Of a DNA stretch of 64,000 nucleotides, positions 12,243 through 22,661 are shown piece after piece. The position numbers and the translations under genes are program-made. Location: the NCBI RefSeq assembly GCF_036365525.1, contig NC_090400.1, positions 30,834,534 to 30,898,533 on the forward strand, read 5' to 3'. The first letter of the stretch is position 1. Each line of letters opens with the position of its first letter. The stretch is from Heterodontus francisci (lineage: Eukaryota). Under the pieces are notes generated by a model. It ran no database searches and was not told the origin of the DNA. It saw only the letters and a program-made list of their open reading frames with translations.

Positions 12243-13267
12243 TAATACAGCGCAGAAGAGGCCCTTCGGCCAATCGAGTCTGCACTGATGCATTAAAGAC
12301 ACCTGACCTGTGTACCTAATCCCATTTGCCAGCACTTGGCCCATAGCCTTGAATAGTTATGATGTGCCAAGTGTTCATCCAGGTACTTTTTAAAGGGTGT
12401 GAGGCAACCTGCCTCTACCACCCTCCCAGGCAGTGCATTCCAGACTGTCACCACCCTCTGGGTAAAAGAATTCTTCCTCGAATCCCCCTTAAACCTCCTG
12501 CCCCTCACCTTAAACTTGTGTCCCCTATTAACTGACCCTTCAACTAAGGGGAACAGCTGCTCCCTATCCACCCTGTCCATGCCCCTCATAATCTTATACA
12601 CCTCGATCAGGTCACCCCTCAGTCTTCTCTGCTCCAGTGAAAACAACCCAAGCCTATCCAACCTCTCTTCATAGCTTAAATGTTCCATCCCAGGCACCAC
12701 CCTGGTGAATCGCCTCTGCACCCCCTCCAGTGCAATCACATCCTTCCTATAATGTGGTGACCAGAATTGCACACAGTACTCCAGCTGTGGCCTTACCAAA
12801 GTTCTATACAACTCCAACATGACCTCCCTGCTTTTGTAATCTATGCCTCGATTGATAAAGGCAAGTGTCCCATATGCCTTTTTCACCACCCTATTAACCT
12901 TGCACTACCCTCATCTACACACCTGGTCACATGCTCAAAAAATTCAATCAAATTTGTCAGGCATGACCTCCATGACAAAGCCATGCTGAGTATTCCTAAT
13001 CAAATTTTGCCTCTCCAAGTGGAGATAGATTCTCTCCTTCAGAATTTTCTCCAATAGTTTCCCTACCACTGACGTGAGACTCACTGGTCTATAGTTCCCT
13101 GGCTTATCTCGACAACCTTTCTTAAATAGTGGGAACACATTAGCTGTTCTCCAGTCCTCTGGCACCTCCCTGGTGGCTAGAGAGGAATTAAAAATTTGGG
13201 TCAGAGCCCCTGCAATCTCCCCCTCGCCTCCCACAGCATCCTGGCACACAAATCATCCAGACCTGGG
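12243..13267 (-). mobile_element. CR1 LINE, 5'-truncated and internally deleted
   Basis: ORF 12293-12889 (KKAYGTLAFINRG...RPQLEYCVQFWSP) and ORF 12944-13249 (VPEDWRTANVFPLFKKG..PGNYRPVSLTSVVGK). Most of the RT core between them is missing. Confidence 0.95.
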
Positions 13268-16258
13268 CGGACATCTAAGAGCTGACTGCTGGAAACTAAG
13301 GGGAAAGCCTGTATGGTTAATCAGAGCACACCCGCTCAGTGAAGGAGAAAGGACCCTGATGGAAAGCACAGCAGAACAAGCTGTCGCTTTGACTGCAGCA
13401 GCAGTACCCAGAAACAATACTGCTGTGGGTGCAGGGAAAGTTAATAGGATACCTGAAGGTTATCAGGATTTCGTATTTGAAGGGAAAGTAACCCCATACC
13501 CTCGAGTGGGGCAAGCAAGCCCATAGTAATCCTCAGGGATACAGGGGCCATGAGATCCCTTTTCCTGGGAAAAGGCCTGACCTTTCCCCCGGAGAGTGCA
13601 GTAAATACCAGAATGGTGGTGAATGGTATTGGAGGGCAGTGTACACCCGTACCTTTACACTGGGTGCACTTGGAATGCGACCTAGTTTCAGGACCGGTGA
13701 CTGTAGGAATTGTCCTTAGTTTGCCTGTGGATGGGGTTGACCTGATGTGACGGGGGCGAAGGTGGTAGCTTCCCCAATAGTGAAAGAGAGACTGCATGAG
13801 GTCAGAGAGATAGGGCAGTGACAGGAGATGGTCCCCTGCAGCTCCCCTTAATGTGTAGTGAATCAGGCCACGATCAACCCAGCTCCCCCAGAGGAGACTG
13901 AATTGGCACTGCAGACAGATGACCATGAAGTCCGTCTGTCTGAAACTTTCTTTGAACAGGTAGAGGACCCAGGGAATGGATTAAATAGATCTTCCCTAGC
14001 TGAGGCTCAGCAAGCCAACCCAGTATTGAAAGAGTTAGCACAGGCTGCTCAGTCTGAAATTGAAGCAGAGGGAGTCCCTGATTGCTACTATTTAAAGAAT
14101 GAGGTACTGATGAGGCAGTGGAGTTCTCCTCACAGACCTCAGGACAAAGAATGGATAGTGGGTCACCAGTTAGTGGTGCCACAGAGGTACCGGAGGGAAA
14201 TATTAAGAATGGCCCATGAGATTACAGTGGCTGTACATGTCAGTATACGAAAAGCAAAGCCCGCATAAGACAACAGTTTGATTAGCCAAAACTCCACAAA
14301 GATGGGTAGGAGAAACCCCAACCTGTAGTGAAATCTGCAATCTGCATCTCTAATTCCTGTAGCGGCTTTTGGGAAATCCTCCAGCAAAGGGCTGGTGAAT
14401 TGTAAGGGACACCTGCCGAGAACAAAAGGGGACAGGCACATGGCTGGCAAAAAGTTAGAGAGGAAAGGGGAAAAAATAGAAAGAGGACAGGTTAAAGGAG
14501 GTCCAGGAAGATTCCCAAATGAAAACCCCTACTGTCCAATCAGCCAACCCCGAAATGTTTGAAAAATTAGACCCCACATCCTCCTATGTAAAGGCAGATA
14601 CTAGAAGCACCCCACCAGGGTTACTAATAGCATTTACAGAAACCTGCAGGGACAAAGAAAGTTCGCAAGAGGGCAGAAAAACTGTGAGGGTGATGCCTCA
14701 ACTAGTCAAAGTGCCACAGGGGAATGCAGTAGAATCTAGACAAATACATGCAAGCAGGAATGTCCCAGAAGACAAAGGGAAGATTAGCAAAGAGTCATTC
14801 CCCACAGTCAGGAGATAAGGGAATCAACAATGCCCTGAAGTGAACAGCACTTGCATGACTCACCAGAGCACTGAAAGTGAGGTCAGAGTGCATCCACCCA
14901 CTGCCGCCTCCCATGATCAGAACTCCAGACCAGGGCTAATTAAATCGAACCACCCCCCTGCAGACCCCAACAGGAACAAAGGCATCCCAGACAATCATGG
15001 AAATGTGCAAACCTCAAACCTCCCCCAACAATGGGGATCTCCCAGATACCTGGCAACACATAACTATCTCAGACCAGCCTCAAGGAAAAAGGGGCCATTT
15101 AGAGCTGTACTGCTACAAAGGAAAGACAGGCTGTAACGATTTTAAGATTTCTGGATGAATGAGAATGAATGAGAGAAAATGTGTGCTTTCCTGTACTTTC
15201 TCTTCCGTCTAATTTATAATCAAATGCTTCCCCCTAATGTCACATTTTATTCGGTGAGAGGTAAAGGTTTGACGGAAACCACACCAGCCAAATGGAAACA
15301 TATTAATTTCGTCATATGAAAAACTATTTGAAGTTTTACTGGACATTGAAAATAACTAGCTTAAAAAGACCACAGAGCTGAATGGCTGAAAACATGGCTG
15401 CACATTTGCATTCTGAGAGACAGTTGCATAGAGAGACAATGGGAGTTCTCCCTGATTCAATTAACGAGATGGGTTTTGTCAATAGTGCTGATCAAAAGGC
15501 ATTTAAAGCCATTGTCTGTGTAAGTGCCAGCACTCCACCGCCCACTCCCCCACTGAATGTTACTGGAGAACTTCTGAAATCAACAATCCTCGCAGACGAT
15601 GCTGTTTCAAACAAATAGCTAGTCACATGACTAACCTGCTGGCCAACCTGGGAGTTCTTTGAATTGTGCCACAATGAAAAGGCAGACTGCAATTGAACTT
15701 CAAGAGGAAAGCACCTCTCTCTCCCTGTCTCTCTCTCTCTCTCTCCAACAAAGTGCTAGGGACCCACAGAAGCAGCTTAAGCCTCAGGACAGAGGACCTC
15801 TTCAGTTTTCTGCTACCAGTGAAACAAATTTGAATGTGTGCACTGGGCCCCAACGAGAATTGCAAGACTTAACTCTAATCAAGGACTTTACATCCAAACT
15901 AAAGGCAGTAACAGAATTCCATTTACTACTTCTACCCCCCCCCCCCACTTTATTCTTTCTACCCCACTGTATCTATTTGTGTGTGTTTATTGTGTATGCA
16001 TGCTAGCGTGGTTGCATCATGTATTTTTAGTAAATTAACTGAGTTAGAGTGTGAAGGCTAATAAACTTACATCTTTCTTGTTTAAACCTAAGAAAACCTG
16101 TCTCGTTGGCTCATTTACAATTACAATTAGACAGCAGTGAGTATGCACTCACTGAGGTGAAGCTAAAACACTGTTTTTAAAAGTTAAACCCTGTTACGGC
16201 CAAACCAGGAGAGGGGCCAGAGGGGAGTCTGAGACCCCTTCCTCAACTGGTTGTAACA
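13266..16258 (+). mobile_element. Gmr1-like Ty3/Gypsy LTR retrotransposon remnant (5' half lost, no RT)
   Basis: Half zinc knuckle GHLRADCW, protease ILRDTGA (~13529), then directly the integrase N-terminal region (YYLKNEVLMRQW...QLVVPQRYRREILRMAHE). This PR-IN order is characteristic of Gmr1-like elements. Ends in an LTR. Confidence 0.8.
15268..16258 (+). repeat. 3' LTR of the Gmr1-like element
   Basis: Preceded by purine-rich GGTGAGAGGTAAAGG, contains AATAAA (~16060) and ends TGTAACA. Shares blocks (TCACATGACTAAC, GTATGCATGCTAGCGTGG, AAACCCTGTTAC) with the solo LTR at 48753. Confidence 0.8.
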
Positions 16259-17652
16259 CCCTCCATCGCTCAGGAATGCTATGGTTGAGATCAGATACAT
16301 CAGCGCAGAACCTATGCTTCTCCAGGTCTATATACCACACAGAAAGTAGTGCATTCCGCCATGCCCTCCCCCTACCCCACCACCAAGCCATTAAGTAGTA
16401 GTTTATCTTTCTTTCCACTTATGGTCTTTATTTTGTTTTTCCCTTTATATCCTTTGGCTTTTTAAAACAAATCTCTATCTTTCTATCTCATTCTTTATGT
16501 TGACGTTCCATTGGGACATTTTTAACTGGCATATTAGTATTTTTATGCAGTTTTACTTTTTATATATCCTGGCAGGAGCTGTGCAGGTTATTCAGATTAC
16601 AGAGCTACATTAGCAAAGAAAAAGAAACAACAAAAGGCTTGCATTTATATCGCACCTTTCACTCCCACAGGACACTGGCACCAGTAATGGGATAGGAGGG
16701 AGCTGTAACTAAACCAGGCTGGGACCGGGGACCAAGCAGAAATGATAAGTATGGTTGTAAAAAGGACTTTAAACTAATAAATGGGGAATAGGCGAGGGAT
16801 CAGTCAGAAACAATAGTAAAAATTTCAACATTTTTAAAAGGTTAAGAACAGAATTAGATCACAAACAGGAATATCGATAAACTAAAATAACTGATGTAGT
16901 TACAGCAGGAGTGACAAATAAGAAATGCGTTTCAGTTAAGTGGTATGAGAAAGACAGCAACAGGGCAGAAAGACAGGGTAGGATATCTTGTCCAACTAAG
17001 AGTTTTATATACAAATCCACAGAGGATAAGAAATAAATTAAGTGAATTAGAGGGTCAAATACATAGGATCTGTCATGGTGACTGTTAGAGAGACATGGCT
17101 GGAAGCTGGTCATGATTGGGAGTTAAATATTCCAGTTTATAAGGTCTTTAGAAAAGAGGGGAAACTGAGAGAGAATGAGGGGTCGCCTTATTGGTTAAAG
17201 ATACATGACATTAATAAGAGAGGATGTAAGTAAGGGAAAATAATTAGCAGAGGCTCTATGGCTAGAATTAAGGGATAAGAGGACTTGAAAACTGTAATGG
17301 GAGTGGTCTACAGGCCTCCTGATAGCAGAATGTATTAATGCAGAAACGAGAGAGGCTTCTAGCAAAAGCAGAGTTGTTTTAATTTAATAGGAAAATTTAG
17401 TTTTCCTATAGATTGGGAAGAGCAGTGTATTCAAATCAGAAAGGTAGTGAATTTCTTGAATACATTCAAGATAGTTTTCTGGATCAATGTGGTCTAAAAT
17501 CAACAAGAGGGCAAGCCATACCAGATTTAGTAACGAGTAATTAGCCAGGCTGAGTTAATAATCTAACAATAAGGGAACATTTATCTAAGAGTGATCATAA
17601 TGTGATCAAATTCGATGTTATGTTTGAAAAGGAGAAATGGAACTGTTACTAA

Positions 17653-18269
17653 GGTTGGGATTTTACCCTTGGTGGATAGGAGCCGTCCACCAACTGAAAA
17701 GTCGGTGGCAAACTTGAATCTGCCTGGACTGGGGATCTAACCCGCATTTTGCGGGTCCTTGGTCTCTAAGTGTTCTGAGGTGGGACTTCCATCCAATTGT
17801 GGCAGGAAATCCTGCCTAATAGAGCTGCCGGCAACTCTCTGTCCCAGCAGCTCCACTGGGAGCGGCGGCAACTGCTGGGACTGCAGCCCAGCTTTGTGAG
17901 GAAGATGTTGGGGAAGCCCGGAATTCAGGTATGTTTTTGTTGCCTCGCCAGGGGTTATCGGTCAGGCCCCAGCGAGGCAAGAGTGGTTGAATGGGGGTAC
18001 GGGTGGGGGGGGTGTTGCGTGCTGAAGGTGGTTGAGGAAGTGGGGGCAGCCCTCTGTCAGGCACAGGGTGCCCAATCATGAGGGCCCTCCTCCAGGCCAT
18101 CAGAGAGCTGCCTGATTTTAACAGTTTTTCTCGGGCCTGAGCCGCCCACTTGACATGGTAAAATCCCTGTGGCGGTGGGCGGAGGCCTTTATGTGGCCAG
18201 TAAGTGGCTCCATTTTACGACCCCCCCTCACCACTTTCCCACTCTTTGAGGGGGCGTAAACTTCTGGTC
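17653..18269. mobile_element. PIF/Harbinger-type MITE inside CR1
   Basis: TSD TAA (17650-17652 and 18270-18272), degenerate TIRs GGTTGGGATTTT / AAACTTCTGGTC, GC-rich body related to 5156-5890. Confidence 0.75.
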
Positions 18270-18382
18270 TAAGATTCCAAATTTTGGCCAAAACCTTTTG
18301 GGTAAAATTGGGTACAGATGAACAGTGGGAGGTGTTCAAAAAAGAACTTAACTTAATACAAGAGCAGTATATACCCCTAGGG

Positions 18383-18563
18383 GTAACTGTGCAACAGCCC
18401 CAACAAACAAATTTCTCTGCAGCACCTGTGGAAGAGCCTGTCACTCCAGAATTGGCCTTTATAGCCACTCCAGGCGCTGCTTCACAAACCACTGACCACC
18501 TCCAGGCGCGTATCCATTGTCTCTCGAGATAAGGAGGCCCAAAAGAAAGAAAAGAAAGAAAGA
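18383..18563 (+). mobile_element. RTE LINE 3' fragment with 14-bp TSD
   Basis: TSD ATATACCCCTAGGG at 18369-18382 and 18564-18577. Nearly identical to the 3' end of the RTE at 41830-41998. (GAAA)n tail. Confidence 0.92.
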
Positions 18564-18887
18564 ATATACCCCTAGGGTGCATGAGTTCTACTTACCAAAT
18601 AAAACACCCATGCTCGACAAAAGAGATGCGAGACAATATAAAGCTAAAGGAAAGGGCATACAAAAGTGCAAAGTATAGTGTAAATCCAAGGAACTGGGAG
18701 AGATATAAAGAGCAGTAACGGAAAAAAAATAGCAAGAGTTTCAAAAAAGGAATACGAAAAGAAACTTGCGAGAGATATCAAGATCAACACAGTTTTTACT
18801 ATTATATTGAGGGGTAATCAAGGATAATGTGGGCACTTTAAAAACAGATGCGAGTCAAACTGAAAATGAAAATAGAGAAATGGCAGA

Positions 18888-19134
18888 TTTTATGGGAACA
18901 CTTAAGAGGCTGTAAGTGAAGAGTCACCGGAGGAAGCGATGTCGTATTACACAGGACCGGAGGGATGTGCGTGTCGCCTGACAGAGTGAGACCTATGTTG
19001 GTGTGCTCCTGTAGCAGCTGTATATATATGTTCTAGTTTAATTTTTAATAAAAACCCATGTATTCTTTGGATATTATGTGTAGTCCTGTGAATCTTACAA
19101 TAGTTGACACACCAAAGGAACGAGTAACATTACA
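18888..19134 (+). mobile_element. Solo LTR (247 bp)
   Basis: 5-bp TSD GCAGA (18883-18887, 19135-19139). TATA-like run followed by AATAAA; ends CATTACA like the Mag-type LTR at 63853. The 5' end reads TT rather than TG. Confidence 0.75.
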
Positions 19135-19749
19135 GCAGACTTCTTGAATAATTAATTTTTGTCAGTCTCCACAGTAGAGGAAAAGGATAATTTCCTGACA
19201 TTTCAGGGAAACTAATAAGTCACACAGGCAAGAAAACAGAACTGAAAGAAATAATGACACGAAAGACTGACAAATCCCTAGGACCTAACGGTTACCACTT
19301 TGGGATTCTAAAGGAAGTAGGTGAAGACAATGGAGATGCTTTAGCCATAATCTTCCAAAGCTCTCTCAATTCAGGAATTATCCTGATAGATTGGCAAATT
19401 GCAGATGTAACTCTATTATTTAAGAAAGTAGTGAGAAAAAAAAGATGGAAATTATGGACCTCTTAGTCAAACATATGTTGTAGGGAGGTTATTGGAATGA
19501 GCACTTGGAGAAATTTGAGCTGGTTAGATAGAGCCAATATAGTTAGGCCACGTCTAACAAACCTAACTGAAATTTTTGAGGAAGTAATGAAAATGGTGTA
19601 CAAGGGAAATGTCTATGGATATAGTTCCTAAGGTCTTCCAGAAGGCATTTGATAAGGTTCCACATAAGAGATAGTTAGCTAACATTAAAGCTCATGGAAT
19701 TGAAGGCAAATTATTGACCTGGTGAGGAAATTGGTTTGGCAGTCGACGA

Positions 19750-20778
19750 CATAAAAACATAAGAAATAGGAGCAAGAGTAGGCCATATGACCCTTCGAGC
19801 CTGTTCTACCATTCAATAAGATCATGCTTGAACCTCAAATGAACTCCACTTTCCTGGCTATCCCTATATCCCTTGATTTCCTTAGCACCCAAAAATCTAT
19901 TGATCTCTGTTTCGAATATAGTCACCAACTGAGCATCCAGAAACCTCTGGGGTAGAGAATTCCAAAGATTCACAACCATTTGAGTGAAGAAATCTCTCCT
20001 CATCTCAGTCCTAAATGGCCAACCTCTTTTCCTGAGTCTGCGACTCCCAGTTCTAGACTCTCTATCCAGGGAAACGGCCTCTCAGCATCTAATGTGTCAA
20101 GCCCTCTAAGAATTTAATATGCTTCAGTGAGATGACCACTCATTCTTCCAAACTCCAGTGAATATAGGCTCATTGTACTCAATCATTCCTCGTAGAACAG
20201 CCCTCTCATCCCAGGAATCAATCTAGTTAACCTTCATTGCACCCTCTCTAAGTCAACTATAAGTTTCCTTTGGGAAGGAGACCAAAAATGTATATAGTAC
20301 TCCAGTTCTGGTCTTACCAAAGCCCTATATGATTGCAGCAAGATTTCCTTACTTTTACAATCTAATCTCCTTGCAATAAGGTCTAACATACTATTGCCTT
20401 CCTAATTGCTCGTTGTATCTGCATGTTAACTTTCTATGATTCATGTACAAGGATCCTCAAATCCCTCTGAATCTCAACATTTACTAGTCCCTCACCTTTT
20501 AAAAACTATTCTGTTTTTCCATTCTTCCTACCAAACATTATATTCCATCTGCCACCTTCTTACCCAATCACATAACCAGTCTCTATCCTTCTGTAGCTTC
20601 TTTACATCTTCCTCACAGTTTAACTTCCCATCTAGCTTTATATCATCAGCAAACTTGAATATATTACACTCGGTGCCCTTATTCGAGTCATTGATGTAGA
20701 TTGTCAATTTCGGAAGCCCAAGCACTGATCCTTGCAGCACCGCACTAGTTGTACCCTGCCACCCTGAAAATGACCCAG
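19750..20778 (-). mobile_element. 5'-truncated CR1 inserted antisense in the older CR1
   Basis: Minus-strand QGSVLG..IYIND..IFKFADDIKL and FFTQMVVNLWNSLPQ. The tail ACATAAGAAATAGGAGC starts at 19750 and the host resumes at ~20780. Confidence 0.9.
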
Positions 20779-21067
20779 TTAGAGGACAGAGCAGAGATAA
20801 TAGGTATGTACTCAAGTGACTTGTGGTGTCCCACAATGATCTCTACTGGGGCCTCATCTACTCACTTTATGTATTAATGATTTAGATAGCATAACAGAGA
20901 GCCATATATCCAAAACTACCAATGAAACAAAAATTGGTGGCATAGCAAATAGTGTAGATGGGAACTTAAAATTATAAAGAGACATTGATGGATTAAGTGA
21001 GAGGGCAAAACAGTGGCAGATGAATTTCCATGCAGGTATGTGTGATGTCATCCATTTTAGACTAAAA

Positions 21068-21275
21068 GGCAAGAATTTTACCAGCATGCCAAGTGTCCCA
21101 CTGCTGGGATCAAATGCAGGTACCAAGCCTGTGCGGGCGAATGGTGACTCCATGGAGGGGATTTTACCAGCGGCCCATTCAGCATGGCAGCCTGCCTCTC
21201 CAAGCTGCCGACCCAGTTAGAGGGCCAGCAGCTCAGCAGCGCCACCAATAGTGGTGGCCGCTGCTGAGGCTGCAA
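21068..21275. mobile_element. Truncated Harbinger-type MITE fragment
   Basis: Starts with TIR-like GGCAAGAATTTT. Its GC-rich body contains CTCAGCAGCGCCAC, resembling the 5156-5890 MITE. The second TIR and adjacent CR1 sequence are missing. Confidence 0.5.
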
Positions 21276-21920
21276 GGGGAAGGCTAGAATATAAAGGGGA
21301 GAAAGTTCTGCTTCAGCTATACAAAGCCCTGGTGAGACCACATCTAGAATATTGTGTACAGTTCTGGGCATTGCACCTTAGAAAGGATATATTGTCCTCG
21401 GAAGGTGTGCAGCACAGATTCCCCAGAATGTTAGCAGGACTCCAAGGGTTAAATTACAAGAAAAGATTACATGAACTAGGTTTTTGCTTCCTGGAATATA
21501 GAGGTTAAGGGGTGAGTTGATCGAGTTTTAAGGATTTTGAAAGAAATTGATACAGTAGATAGAAAGAAACTTTTTCTGCTGTTGGGGTAGTCTCAGACAA
21601 GGGGACATAATCTTAAAATCAGAGCTAGACCATTCAAGAAAGGAGTTGGGAAACACAGCTTCACACGAAGGGTGGAATTCTCTCCCACAGTAGTAGTAGA
21701 TGCTAGCTCGTTTAATAATTTAAATTCGAGATCAATAGATTTTTGCTAGCCAAGGAGATTAAGGGAAATGGAGCCAAGATGGGTAAATGGAGCTAGGATA
21801 CAGATCAGCCATTGATCGTTGGAACAGGCTCAAGGGCCTGAACAGTGAACTCGTATTCCAATGTTCCTAAAGCACCTTATAGACAACAAAGTACTTCTGA
21901 AGTGTAGTCACTGTTGTAAT

Positions 21921-22661
21921 TCTTAATTCAACAAGAGAGAATCTAACCATCTCCCCTTGACATTCAATGGCATTACCATCGCTGAATCCCCCACTATCAA
22001 CATCTTAGGGGCTACCATTGACCAGAAACTGAACTGGAGTAAATACCGTGACTACAAGAGCAGGTCAGAGGCTAGGAATCCTGCGGTGAGTAACTCACCT
22101 CCTGACTCCCCTAAGCCTGTCCACCATCTACAAGGCACAAGTCAGGAGTGTGATGGAATACTCCCTACTTGCCTGGATGGGTGCAGCTCCAACAACACTC
22201 AAGAAGCTCGACACCATCCAGAACAAAGCAGCCCGCTTGATTGGCACACCATGCACAAACATTCACTCCTTCCACCACTGATGCACAGTGGCAGCAGTGT
22301 GTACCATCTACAAGATGCACTGCAGCAACGCACCAAGGCTCCTTAGACAGCACCTTCCAAATCCTTGACCTCTACCACCTCGAAGGACAAGAGCAGCAGA
22401 TGCATGGGAACATCACCACCTGCAAGTTCCCCTCCAAGTCACACACCATCCTTACTTGGAACTATATCGCCGTTCCTTCACTGTCGCTGGGTCAAAATCC
22501 TGGAACTCCCTTCCTAACAGCACTGTGGGTGTACCTACCTCACATGGACTGCAGCGCATCAAGAAGGCAGCTCACCACCACCTTCTCAAGGGCAATTAGC
22601 GATGGGCAATAAATACTGGCATAGCCAGTGACGCCTACACCCCATGAATGAATAAAAAAAA
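21921..22661 (+). mobile_element. CR1/L2-group LINE 3' end inserted into a SINE tail
   Basis: TFNGITIAESPTINILGATIDQKLNWS, then IYKAQVRSVMEYSLLAWM. Tail ATGAATGAATAAAAAAAA, TSD GTAAT (21916-21920, 22662-22666). The host GTCACTGTTGTAAT|GTAGGAAAC rejoins on removal. Confidence 0.85.

Larger units (their letters stand above)
16670..21870 (+). mobile_element. Long decayed CR1 LINE (ORF1 end, endonuclease, RT, tail) hosting five insertions
   Basis: Endonuclease remnants (GAGACATGGCTG = ETWL, GTGGTCTACAGGCCTCCT = VVYRPP, AGTGATCATAAT = SDHN), RT region KSLGPNGYHFGILKEV...DWQIADVTLLFKK, LYKALVRPHLEYCVQFW, and a tail at ~21800-21870. Confidence 0.9.

Noticed and set aside
13173-13526. Chimeric ORF spanning the CR1/Gypsy junction
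   Set aside because: Antisense CR1 happens to be in frame with a gag fragment and starts at a non-ATG codon. No evidence of expression.
15715-15746. (CT)n microsatellite
   Set aside because: Short simple repeat inside the LTR, not an independent feature.
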